A stretch of 40,720 nt of DNA from a virus. Its lineage: Duplodnaviria > Caudoviricetes. Position numbers and translations under genes: made by a program. The first letter of the stretch is position 1. Each line of letters opens with the position of its first letter. Below are positions 26,272-38,000 of the stretch, piece by piece. The notes under the pieces are model-generated. The model ran no database searches and was not told where the DNA came from. It worked only from the letters and a program-made list of their open reading frames with translations. The stretch is taken from positions 1 through 40,720 of IMG/VR virus record IMGVR_UViG_3300044513_002776, one strand, 5' to 3'.

Positions 26272-29200
26272 ATGGCAAGAATTGTTCCTGGGTCTGGCGC
26301 TTCAATCGAACCAATCTTTGACGAGGTTTTTGGTGTTCGTGCGGTTAGAGTAGTCAATGGTGGTAGCGGATATGACCCCGCTGATCCTCCTAGATTAACT
26401 ATTACTGGGTGTGGAACTCCTGAAGTTGAAGCATTATTGTATCCAATCATTGATGAAAATTCAGGGAAAATCATTCACGTTCGTGTTTTAGAAAGAGGTA
26501 GAGGATATAATCCCCTACGATTAAAAATTACACCTCAACAAGAAACTCCAAATATAATCAATTCTTTTGATATTAATAGAATTTGGCAGAATCATCCAAA
26601 TTCTCAAACAACATCTTCTTTTCAAATACAAAATAACGATGTAACTGATAGACTTCGTATTGTATCCGATAATCATCCAAAACCATCTCAAAATATCTTA
26701 TCGGAAAGAGAACCAGGAGGGTCTAATGTAATATTAGACAGAAATTTTGACCAAGTTTTTGTTTATAGGGGCGGAAAAGATGTTCCTACACAAGAACTTA
26801 GGGAAGTTCAATTAGATAAATCTTTAGGAATTTTAGCAAATGGTGGATTGTTACATACTCCAGATTGGGGTGTTGATGGTGGAGCACCAGCGGGGTATCA
26901 TTTAGATGCAGTAAAATATGATTACATCAAGAATACTAATGAATATGATGCTGTACTAGATAACAACACATATTATTATCAAACCAGTAAAGTTATAAAT
27001 GAGTTTGCACTTTCCAATGGTGTATTTGATTGGGGTCACTTTAGAGTATTTACTTGGAATATTCGGGTAGAATTTGACAATGTAATGATTCCAGTTGCTG
27101 ATGTAGATGAAACCATTGGTTCTGTAGAAGTTGGTAGAGTCATTGATGAGATTGGAGGAACTGGCAGAGCAGAAATTTCTAAAATTGTTAGAGATGAACT
27201 AAACCGAGTAATTAGAATTTATGCGCGACAAGTTACTGGAGACCCATTTTCTGAGGATGATTTAGTACTTGGTTCTAATGGATTCCAGTTTAGAGTTGCT
27301 GATGATATTCAAACCTTCCCCAATGGAATTTTCTACATTGATTTTGGTCCAGAAGCAGAAGAATTCGGACCATTTGTTCCTGGACAATTTTATTTTGCTC
27401 CAGAAAATATTAGAGTTCAAAGAAATTATATAATTCGTTGGAATCAAGAACACTCTTCTAATCAACCATCTGATGTGCATGTAAATGGACATCCAATGCA
27501 GTTTAGTACCACTCCTGATGGTCCTTTAAATCAAAATCCTGGAACCTTATATTATAATAGTACTGGAGCGTCTGCAGCACCTGCTACAGACTATGAGAAT
27601 GAATTTGCCCCACTATTCCTGATGAATAGTGACGAAACCAATAGAATTTATTACTATTGTAAATTCCATAACCATATGTCTGGTTATCTAGGTGATGAAG
27701 GGTATATGATTCTCGATACTGTTAATATTGACCCAGTTCCTAATACCAACACATATTATCAAGATAGATATTCGTATTCTGGGGACCAGTCTAGACATCC
27801 AGATGGACATTCTAAAATTCTTGGCATGTCTTTTGATGGATATCCCATTTATGGTCCTTGGGGTTACAATTCTTCTGGGGCAGTTGCTAGAGAAACAAGT
27901 TCTTATAGATTAAGACTTACCGAAGAACTTCCTGGAAGTCGTCCAATTGTTTCTGACGGTGGAACATCAAATTATACCGTCACCATATCAACTGGTAAGT
28001 TTTATATTGATGGAGTATTACAAAATTTCTTAAGTTTAAAGAGAGGTAATACTTATAATTTTGTTCAAGATGATTCTAGTAATGATTCTCTGAATATTTT
28101 ACTGTTTAGTGAAACTTCAAATGGATGGCACGACACGGCCGATATTGGAAATGTTAATTTTCTTTATCAGGATGGAGTTACATATTATCTTGAGAATGTT
28201 GCTGTAGATTATGTAACTTATATCAATGGGTATGAAAATGCCATTAATAGAAAGGTCATTATTCAAGTTCGTGCGGATGCTCCAAGAATTTTATACGCAT
28301 TTTCATATGCATCTTCATCTGCCAATCTCAGACTTGTACAAGATGGATATTTACTTGGAGATTTAGTAGAAGACTACATTTATGACTCTACAGTAGGTTC
28401 TTTAGATGAGTTTAATGGTAAGTTTACTAGAACACCAGACTATCCAAATGGAACGTATGCATATTTTCTAACAGAGGATGGAAGTGGAAATCCAGTTTAT
28501 CCTTATGGTGTTGGACCAAAATATTATGGAGATCCTTTATTTGAGGGAGACACTGTTCCTGATTTAGTATCAGTGTTCCCAACTGAGTCTGAAGGTAATG
28601 TCATTCTTAATGAGAATGGCAGTATCTCATACATTAAAATGACCAAAAAAGGTGATAACTATTTTGGTCCTGCTAGAGCAGAAATTCTTGGTGGGCGGGG
28701 GTCTGGAGCTGTTATAAGTCCTATTGTTCAGACCATTACTGGTTTATCTCTTCTCAATTCAGGTAGAAATTATGCAACACCTCCCACTCTAATTTTTGAA
28801 GGCGGCGGTGGACAAGGTGCTCAAGGCGCAGCGGCAATTGATACTTTGGGTAAAGTTACATCAATTAGTATTGTAGATGATGGAGAATTTTATCAAGAAC
28901 CTCCATATATTTTAATTACTGGTGGTGGTGGAACTGGTGCAAAAGCTGTTGCTAGAATTGACCAAGGTTCAATCGTTGGCATTGATGTCACCGACCCAGG
29001 CGAAGGGTATACAAATCCACCGAATATTATCTTTACTAAACTAGTAAATCTCAAACGTAAAACCAGAGCGAGACAGGCATTTAACTCTGGGGCAATTTAT
29101 CTGACAGGTCTTGTTCGTGATATTACTGCATCGGATTCTGTGATTTATGTTGATTCTACTGATGCATATCCTGGTTCTGGACAAATTATTATCAATACAG

Positions 29201-30435
29201 AAACAATTACGTATACTAATAAAAGTGTTGGTAGATTCTCTGGATTGACAAGAGGAGTAAACTTTAATTATGACCAGCGAGTAATTCTTGATGCGGGACA
29301 AAATGATGCTCAAGGAAATTCTACTTATGCATTTAATGTTGGGGATAGAGTTATCCGTAGAGTTGAAAATGCTAATAATAAAGTAGCAAAAGTATATGAT
29401 TGGAATCCCTCAACCAGAGAATTACTTGTAACATTTGAAGTTGATGAACTGGCATTTATTGATGGTGGTATCCCATCTACAGAAGATGCCATTGTTCAGT
29501 TTGATGCTGGTGTTGCTAGTAGTAGTGGCACTGGCATATTACCACATACTATCCTCAATGAAGTTGGTTCTACCATTTCACTATTAACAGTTCCACTTTC
29601 TACATTGCAGGATAGAGCATTTGAGGATGATGATGAGCAAGAAGGTGCTGGTGATGGAATTCCTGACTTAATTAATACAGGCACTGATTATGAAAGTCAG
29701 ATTAGTCTTGATGGTGGTATCTACAATTCTCTTTATGGTATTGAAGAGACTCAAGGCGGACAAAATACTACTCTCTTCCAAGTCGGTGATAATATTAAGG
29801 ATGGTGGTATTCCTTTCAAATTTGCAACAATTGTTTCTGCTGGTGGACTGAGTGAGGGTGTTGAGCACACAGCATTATTGGACATCTATTTGGATGCTAA
29901 CAATGGAAATGGTCAGAACTTTACTGTCAATGAAGTTGTTACTGGTGCAATTTCTGGAGTTACTGGTGTAGTTGTTTCTTGGGATCCAACTATTTCAAAA
30001 TTAACTGTCGGAAATATTACTCCGTATAACACGGGTAATGTAAACATTGGTATTGGCGGTTATTTGTATGAATTCTCAGCAAACGGTACAGTCGTAGATT
30101 TCATTATTCATGACCCTGGAACAAACTACACTGCAGCACCAACTCTTACTATCGAAGATGTTGGTGATATTCAATCTGTAGGAACTGTGAATATGACTGC
30201 TGCTGGAGACCAAGTTGCTTCCATTAGTATTACTAACGGTGGATATGGAATTGAGCAAACCGTAGATGGAACCTATAACCTTCATCCTACAGTAACATTT
30301 GCAAATGACCCTGCTGATACAACTGGATCTGGTGCATCTGCTCAAGTTATTCTTGGTGGAGAAACTCTAAGTGGAAATGCTGGAGCGTCTTACAGAATCA
30401 AGAGAATTGAGTATTCGACAACGGTTCGTTCGTAA
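26272..30435 (+). CDS. virion structural protein (1387 aa) with YHYH-related and cupredoxin-like domains and GSGY repeats
   Basis: HSKILGMSFDGYPIYGPWGY and LDEFNG...TPDYPNGTYAYF (YHYH-family C-terminal motifs); HPMQF...YYYCKFHNHM. Confidence 0.85.
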   Translation: MARIVPGSGASIEPIFDEVFGVRAVRVVNGGSGYDPADPPRLTITGCGTPEVEALLYPIIDENSGKIIHVRVLERGRGYNPLRLKITPQQETPNIINSFDINRIWQNHPNSQTTSSFQIQNNDVTDRLRIVSDNHPKPSQNILSEREPGGSNVILDRNFDQVFVYRGGKDVPTQELREVQLDKSLGILANGGLLHTPDWGVDGGAPAGYHLDAVKYDYIKNTNEYDAVLDNNTYYYQTSKVINEFALSNGVFDWGHFRVFTWNIRVEFDNVMIPVADVDETIGSVEVGRVIDEIGGTGRAEISKIVRDELNRVIRIYARQVTGDPFSEDDLVLGSNGFQFRVADDIQTFPNGIFYIDFGPEAEEFGPFVPGQFYFAPENIRVQRNYIIRWNQEHSSNQPSDVHVNGHPMQFSTTPDGPLNQNPGTLYYNSTGASAAPATDYENEFAPLFLMNSDETNRIYYYCKFHNHMSGYLGDEGYMILDTVNIDPVPNTNTYYQDRYSYSGDQSRHPDGHSKILGMSFDGYPIYGPWGYNSSGAVARETSSYRLRLTEELPGSRPIVSDGGTSNYTVTISTGKFYIDGVLQNFLSLKRGNTYNFVQDDSSNDSLNILLFSETSNGWHDTADIGNVNFLYQDGVTYYLENVAVDYVTYINGYENAINRKVIIQVRADAPRILYAFSYASSSANLRLVQDGYLLGDLVEDYIYDSTVGSLDEFNGKFTRTPDYPNGTYAYFLTEDGSGNPVYPYGVGPKYYGDPLFEGDTVPDLVSVFPTESEGNVILNENGSISYIKMTKKGDNYFGPARAEILGGRGSGAVISPIVQTITGLSLLNSGRNYATPPTLIFEGGGGQGAQGAAAIDTLGKVTSISIVDDGEFYQEPPYILITGGGGTGAKAVARIDQGSIVGIDVTDPGEGYTNPPNIIFTKLVNLKRKTRARQAFNSGAIYLTGLVRDITASDSVIYVDSTDAYPGSGQIIINTETITYTNKSVGRFSGLTRGVNFNYDQRVILDAGQNDAQGNSTYAFNVGDRVIRRVENANNKVAKVYDWNPSTRELLVTFEVDELAFIDGGIPSTEDAIVQFDAGVASSSGTGILPHTILNEVGSTISLLTVPLSTLQDRAFEDDDEQEGAGDGIPDLINTGTDYESQISLDGGIYNSLYGIEETQGGQNTTLFQVGDNIKDGGIPFKFATIVSAGGLSEGVEHTALLDIYLDANNGNGQNFTVNEVVTGAISGVTGVVVSWDPTISKLTVGNITPYNTGNVNIGIGGYLYEFSANGTVVDFIIHDPGTNYTAAPTLTIEDVGDIQSVGTVNMTAAGDQVASISITNGGYGIEQTVDGTYNLHPTVTFANDPADTTGSGASAQVILGGETLSGNAGASYRIKRIEYSTTVRS

Positions 30436-30440
30436 CCATC

Positions 30441-30447
30441 ATAAATA
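30441..30447 (+). promoter_or_regulatory. T4-type late promoter ATAAATA
   Basis: cATAAATA in the intergenic gap, 26 nt before the gp8 ATG. Confidence 0.75.
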
Positions 30448-30473
30448 AACAAGAGGACAATAGTACCTAAGAA

Positions 30474-32006
30474 ATGGCAGCCCTATTAACTGATCAATTT
30501 AGAATTTTTTCTGCGAAAAAATTCATTAAATCTCTTGAGGGTCCCGACCCAACTCAGAGTGATGATGCTGCAGGCGTCTCTCGTGACCGCCTGTATTTGT
30601 TTATCGGTAGACCTCAACCATGGGACAATGAGAACTCTCCACCACAAGCAGTGGATTCATTTGGAGAATTTTCTGCGTCTTTTGACGATATGATTTCTCT
30701 AAAAAGAGTTCTTGCTTCGGATACCATTCAGGTTGTTCGTAGAATTGACTGGGTTTCTCCAGAACAAACTACTGGTGGACTGGGTTTCACCTATGACATG
30801 TATCGTCAAGACTACTCTCCTAGTAAGACTGCTTCTTCTGGTGCTACAAAACTGTATGATTCCGACTTTTATGTCGTAAACTCTCAATATCAAGTATATA
30901 AGTGCATTTACAACGGAACTTCTCCTTCCGACCCCAACGGTAAACCATCTACAGTTGAACCTACAGGCACTTCTACATCTATCATTACTACTGGTGATGG
31001 TTATCGCTGGAAGTACATGTACACCATTCCCGTTGCTTCCGTCCTCAAGTTTTTCTCTAATGATTACATGCCAGTCTTTACCAATGATGCGGTAAAGACG
31101 AATGCAGTTTCTGGTGAAATTGACACTGTTGTTATCAATGCAGCAGGTTCTGGTTACAACAACGGAACATACGATAATGTTGCTATTAATGGTGATGGTA
31201 CTGGTGGACGTGTTTCCATTGTTGTTGATGGTGGTAAAATTATTTCGGCAACTGTAACTTCTGGTGGTACTGGATATACTTTCGGAAAGATTAGTATTGA
31301 CAATATCACTGGTATTGGTACTGGTAATGGAGCTCAAGTTGACGTTATTATCCCCCCTCCAGATGGTCATGGTGCCGATTCTATCATCGAACTTGGTGCA
31401 TTTAGAGTAATGGTAAACGCTAAACTCTCTTATGATGAGGGTGCAGGCGACTTCCCAATTGATAACGACTATCGTCGTATTGGTCTTGTTACCAATCCCC
31501 TTAAATTTGGTACAGCAGAATTAATTTCTGATTTGACAGTTTCTGCTACAAAAGCAGTAATTTTTCCACCAACTTTCCAGGGAAATTATGTTCCTGATGA
31601 AATTGTTACTCAAACAAGAGTTGTTGGTGGCACAAACGTTACTGCTCGTGGTCGTGTAATTTCATGGAATCCAACAACCAAAGTTTTGAAATATTATCAA
31701 AACTCGGTTGACGGTATTTTCCCTGAAGTCACTGGTACACAGAATGAATTTGACGGGTCCAACGTTGTTAGTGGTGCTACTTCTGGTGCTGCTGGACAAC
31801 CCGATATTAACTTCCCTGCAGTTCCCAATTCGTCGTCTAGAACTATCAACAATACTGAGTACGACTTGGGCATGAAGTTCAACAATGGTTATGCAAAACC
31901 CGAGATTGAATCAAACAGCGGTAACGTTGTTTATATAGATAATAGGAGATCAATTAGTCGTGCAAACGACCAGGTAGAAGACATCAAAATCGTAATCGAA
32001 TTCTAA
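30474..32006 (+). CDS. gp8: baseplate wedge subunit gp8
   Basis: LYLFIGRPQPW..EN.PP, RRIDW, FYVVNS.Y.VYKC..NG, GDGYRWKYMYTI and YIDNR..I.R..DQ.EDIKIVIEF are gp8 motifs. Confidence 0.93.
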   Translation: MAALLTDQFRIFSAKKFIKSLEGPDPTQSDDAAGVSRDRLYLFIGRPQPWDNENSPPQAVDSFGEFSASFDDMISLKRVLASDTIQVVRRIDWVSPEQTTGGLGFTYDMYRQDYSPSKTASSGATKLYDSDFYVVNSQYQVYKCIYNGTSPSDPNGKPSTVEPTGTSTSIITTGDGYRWKYMYTIPVASVLKFFSNDYMPVFTNDAVKTNAVSGEIDTVVINAAGSGYNNGTYDNVAINGDGTGGRVSIVVDGGKIISATVTSGGTGYTFGKISIDNITGIGTGNGAQVDVIIPPPDGHGADSIIELGAFRVMVNAKLSYDEGAGDFPIDNDYRRIGLVTNPLKFGTAELISDLTVSATKAVIFPPTFQGNYVPDEIVTQTRVVGGTNVTARGRVISWNPTTKVLKYYQNSVDGIFPEVTGTQNEFDGSNVVSGATSGAAGQPDINFPAVPNSSSRTINNTEYDLGMKFNNGYAKPEIESNSGNVVYIDNRRSISRANDQVEDIKIVIEF

Positions 32007-35000
32007 TGGCACAAAATACCAACCTTAACGTCACACCTTACTACGACGATTTCGATAAGGCGAAAAACTTTTATCGAGTATTGTTCCGTCCTGGTTTCCC
32101 AATTCAAGCAAGGGAACTCACGACGATGCAGAGTCTTTTGCAAAATCAGGTAGAGAGTGTAGGTTCTCACCTGTTCAAAGACGGTGCGATGGTCATTCCT
32201 GGTCAAGTAGGTTATGATTTAAATGTTGCTGCAATCATGCTCCAAGAGTCGTTCTTGGGTGCCGATGTTGAACTTTATAGGTCTCAATTAACAGGTAAGA
32301 TTATTACTGGTCTTGCCACTGGTGTTAAAGCAAAAGTTCTTTACAGTATTTCTTCTGCAGAGTCTGATAAGAATTATATCACTCTTTACGTTAAGTACAT
32401 CGAATCGGGTGGAGAACAAAATACTCAACAAACCTTTGGAAATAATGAACAGTTAGTTACGGATGCCGAAATCACTTTCGGAACTACTCTGATTGAAATT
32501 GGTTCTCCTTTTGCTCAACTGTTACCAACTGCAGCAATTCAAACTGGTTCTGTTGCTTATATCCAAACTGGTGTGTATTACATCAGAGGATTTTTTGTAG
32601 ACGTACCTTATCAATATATTCTTCTCGACCAATATGGAAGTAACCCATCCTATCGTATTGGTCTCAACATTCAAGAATCCATTATCACTCCCGAGGATGA
32701 CCTTAGCCTCAATGATAATGCTGCTGGAACATCAAACTATGCTGCTCCTGGTGCTCATAGATTTAGAATCACAACATCCCTGGTAAAGAAACTTCTCACT
32801 GACGAAGCAGATAAAGATTTCTTAGAATTGCTGCGTATTAACAATTCTAAAGTAGAAAAACTTGTTGACCGCAGTGCATATGAAGAACTCGAAAAGAGTC
32901 TTGCATTGAGAACATACGAAGAATCTGGAGATTATGTAGTAAAAGATTTTGGAATTAAAGTAAGACAAAATCTTAATGATGGATTTAATAACGGAATTTA
33001 TTCTACTGGAGCTACTACTTTTAGCGGCAGCACTGCATCCGAGGATAAGTATGCGGTAGAATTTGGTCCTGGTACTGCATATGTTAGGGGATATAGAATC
33101 AAGACCCTTTCTCCAACGTATATTGATTTAGACAAACCAAGAGATACATTATCTGCTCAAAACACAATTATTCCATTTGAAGTTGGTAATTACAGCACAG
33201 TCAATAACGTATATGGATTCCCCAATGTTTCTGGTGGTTCTGTATCCAATGCGTATCAGACAATCGAACTTAGAGATGCAGTGACTGTTACTCCAGGAAC
33301 TGCAACTGGCAATCTGATTGGTTATGCTCGTGTTGCTGCTTTTGAGCACACTGGAAACCCAGATAGCACCTTTGGTAATGCTGATGACACATATAAGTGT
33401 AATCTATTTGACATTCAAATGCTTACTGTATTAGAACTCGCTTCTAATCAGTCAATCTCCCAAGGATCTCTATTAATTGGTGCTTCTAGTGGTGCTAGAG
33501 CATATCTAGTTGATGCAATTGTTTCTGATGACCATATCATTGTTTATCAAGTTGAAGGTCAATTTGAACTTGGTGAGATGATTAATGTTGATGGAGAAAA
33601 TCTTGATACATTAGAAGCGGTGCATTATTATCAGTATTCTGACACTAGACAACTTATTGCTAGAGATGAAAGCACTCAAGCAGTTGAATTCAGTGCAGAT
33701 GTTCTTCTTGAAGATATTGTAATTGTTCAGGGTTCCACATTTACACTTACCACTAGTGGTACTCCATCTATTAAAGGTTTGAACTCAAACTTTGCTCTTG
33801 ATTTAAGAGTTGGTGATAGAATCTATTTCAATAATACTCAATATGTAACGGTCAATAAAGTAGACCCTACAGACTTAACAAATACGGTTTCTAGTACAGT
33901 TTTTGATTACGCTAACCAGACCGTCAATGTAACTTTACCATCTGCACCCGCTGCACCAGCTGCAGGAGATTATTCTGCTGCCCTTAGATATAGAACTAAG
34001 TTGTTTGATATTGAAAACGCAAACCTCTTCAGCCCAATGCCGAAGAAGTACATTAGTGCTATCTCCGACGAATCTATGGTTGTCAGGAGAACATTTGATG
34101 CACAAACTGTTGCTGCAAACTCAATTTCAATTACTCTCCCAGAAAATGAGCAGTTTGAGTCCATCACTGACGAGAACTACACATTTACAGTTCTTGCTGG
34201 AACAAATAGTACGCATCCAGTAGGTGACCAAATCACGATTAATACAACTAATTCGGGAGCTGTTGGTTATACCACGTTTACATCGAATGATAGAACTACT
34301 CTTCAGATTGAAAATCTGACAAACATTACATCGGTTAAAGTTACTGCTACAGTTTCTAAAAACGTTGCTACCAGAAAAACTAAATCTGGTAATGAAATGT
34401 TTGTTCTTAAAGTTATCAAAACTACAAAAAATCTTGACAAACAAAATTATAATTTAGCATATTCAAATTTATACGGAACTAGAATTGAGGATAGAGATAT
34501 TTCTCTCGGTCTTACAGACGTTTATAGACTACACGCTGTTTATGAATCTAATGATGATAACGATCCAGTAATTCCATCTTTGACTTTGGTTGAACCAGTG
34601 TTCTTTGCGAATGGAACTATTGTAACTGGTAGAACTTCTAAAGCTCGTGCTAAAGTTGTCAATTTTAGTTCTGGTACTCTAAAACTTTCTATAGTTTATA
34701 TCTCTGGTGTTTTCCAAGCAGGTGAAACTATCGATGGTTTTGACTCTAATGGGTCAACAATTAGTGCAATTATTAATGATAGTGTTGGTTCTGTAGTCGC
34801 TGGTTCTAAAGTTATTACAGACAACTATTACTTAGAAGTTGCACAAACAGGATTCATGTATGATTGCTCCAAGATTGTTCGTAAGAAGGGAGTAGCAACT
34901 CCAATTAGAAAAATTCTTGTAGTGGTTGATTATTATACTCACTCTTCTACTGGCGATTACTTTGGTGGTCAGTCATATCTGGATACATCATATACAGATA

Positions 35001-38000
35001 TTCCATTCTTCGGGGTAGATTTCCTTGCAGATTATCTGGACTTCCGTCCAGCAGTAAAAAATCTATTCAGTGGAACGGGTAGTGTTGCTTCTCCAGCATT
35101 TGTAAACTGCTCTACATTTGACTTTAAATCTAGAGTATTTACTAACTCAGGAAGTCCAACATCAACAATTTTTGACATTCCTAAACAGAATAGTAATTTC
35201 CGTTGTGACTTCTCTTGGTATCTTCCTAGAGTTGATAAGTGTTTTATTTCTCCAGACGGTAATTTTAGTGTTATTAAGGGCAAGTCTGCCGAACAACCTG
35301 TTGAACCCGATAATCTGGTTGATGGTATGCTTCTCGCTACATTAAGTCATAAACCATATGGTTTTGACCCAGAGGCAGACGTTGTTATCAAACGTTCTGA
35401 CAATAGACGTTACACAATGAGAGATATTGGTGCTCTTGAGCGCCGCCTTGACCAGGTTGAATATTATACTTCTCTCAACATGCTTGAGACTGACACATTT
35501 AACACAAGAATTATTGATGCTGATGGTAAAGACCGTCTGAAGAACGGATTTATTGTTGATGATTTTGCTGACCATAGTAAGTCTGATACTGCACATGAAG
35601 ATTTCTCTGCTTCTTTAGATTTCCAAAGAGGTGAGTGTCGTCCTTCTCATTACACAACGAACGTTCCTTTAGTCATTAACAATAACCTGTCTACAAATAT
35701 TCAACAGACTGGTCCTATTATCACTCTGCCATATACAGAGACCACAATTATCTCTCAACCATATGCGTCTCGTGTTGAGAATGTAAACCCATTCAACGTA
35801 TTTACTTACATTGGTAGAATCACTCTCAATCCATCTTCCGATGATTGGATTGATACTACCAGACTTCCCCAAAACGTTATTCAAATTGAAGGTGATTTCG
35901 AATCAGTTTCGTCTGAATTGAATGTAGACCAAAATGGTTTTGCGCCAATTCAATGGGGTGCTTGGAGAACTAACTGGACTGGTGAAACTACTATTTCTTC
36001 CACTACTACCAGAAATTCTGGATGGTTGGAAGAAGACCGTGGCAGGTCGCCTTCTCCTGGTGTATGGGGTGGTCGTGGTATGCGTCGTGTTAATAGAACA
36101 TCGACGATTGAAAGCATTCAAAGACAAAGTAGAAGTGGAATCAGAAGTAGAGTTGTTCCCAGAATTGATAGACAATCTCTTGGAGATTCTACCGTTTCTA
36201 CAAGTGTTATTCCTTGGATTCGTTCTAGAAACATTGAAGTTGATGTTGCTAGACTAAAACCAAGAACTCAATTCTTCTCGTTCTTTGATAATCAAAAAAT
36301 TGATGGGTACATTGTTCCTAAATTAATCGAAATTATTAAAGACCCCGATGTTGACACTCGTACAAACTCAACTCCGTTCGTTATCGGTGAAACTGTAATT
36401 GGTCAGACTAGCGGTTGCAGATTCAAAGTAACTGCTCCTAATGATTTTTACGAATTCAATCCATATACTGACGCAACTCTACCCGAATCATATTCTTCCA
36501 CAACAGAATATTTGAATATTGATACCGATGCTCTTGCTGAGCAAGCTGTAGGTACTTTCTATGGTAACTTCCAAATCGGTGAAGTCCTTCTTGGTTCTTC
36601 TGGTGCTCGTGCAGTTGTTAAGGATCGCAGACTTATTACTGATAGATTTGGTAAAGTAAAATCCTCTTTCTTTGTACCATCTCCAGCATTGGATACTAAC
36701 CCTCGTTGGGCAACAGGTACTAGAACTGTTAGACTTACTACTTCTGAGACAGATTCTCGTCTTGGTGGTGCAGTTGCATCCTCTGCAGAGACCATTTACG
36801 AAGCAAGTGGCACTTTGAACACTGTTCAGGAAAATGTTCTGGCAGTTCGTAACGCTGAGATTGTTCGTGATACGGTTACATCCGATAGAACTATTCGTTC
36901 GACTAGAACAGAAAGTCGTCAGATTGGTTGGTACGACCCTCTTGCACAATCCTTTATTAGTGATGAAACTGGTGGCGTGTTCTTAACATCTGTTGATGTA
37001 TTCTTCTTTGCAAAAGATGATAATATTCCCATCTCTATGCAAATCAGAACAATGGAGAATGGTTATCCAACTACAAACATCCTTCCATTCTCTGATGTCA
37101 CATTAGAACCATCTCAGGTTCTTCTTTCTGAAACCGCTGCAGTTGCAACTAGATTTACTTTTGCTGCTCCTGTTTATATTCCCCAATCAGTTGAACATTG
37201 CTTTGTTCTCTTATCAGACTCCAACTCTTATCAGGTTTGGATTTCCAGAATGGGTGAAATTGATATTACGGGAGATAGAACAATCTCTGAGCAACCCTAT
37301 GCGGGTGTTCTGTTCAAGTCGCAGAACGCATCTACTTGGACTGCTGACCAGTATGAAGACCTTAAGTTCAATATTCAAAGAGCATCCTTTGTAACTACAG
37401 AGAATTCAACTCTTATTCTGAATAATTCTGCACTTGACATTGGTAATGGTGGTAAGTTAAATCTACGTCGTGATGCAGTTCAGACATTTGTTCCTGAAAT
37501 TCAACTTCAATTAAATTCTACCACACTACCATACACAAATGGTGCGCGTATTTACCAAAAGACAACCTTAGCAGAAGGTACTATCACCAATGTTACCGTA
37601 GGTATTAGTGGTGTTATTTTGACAGTAAATGATATTACTGGCACTTTTGCTGCTGGTTCTAACACTGGTGGTGTTATTACAAACCGTATTGTTTCTTCTA
37701 AGACAACTGCAACTATGGTTGTAAGTGCTCCTACAGGAGACTTTACAGAGGGAGAAACAATCACTGGTAGTTCTGCAACTTCACCAACTGCTGAAGTTGT
37801 AACATGGGATAATGGTACAAACACACTAACTCTTCGCTATGTTTCTACCGATTTTGATACGATAACTCCCGAAACGATTAGTGGTGGTGAGTCTGGAGTA
37901 TCAGCATCCGTAAGTTCGGTTACTTATGCGGGTGATGCTATTGAATCTAGTGCTGTCAGCGATTCTTATCCAACTGCTTCACCAACTTATTCCAGCGCAC

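Noticed and set aside
30699-31370. 223-aa minus-strand ORF and the many other 60-170 aa antisense or alternate-frame ORFs inside the large genes
   Set aside because: S/T/I/N-rich shadows produced by the strong NNT codon bias of the sense genes; no motifs or expression signals.
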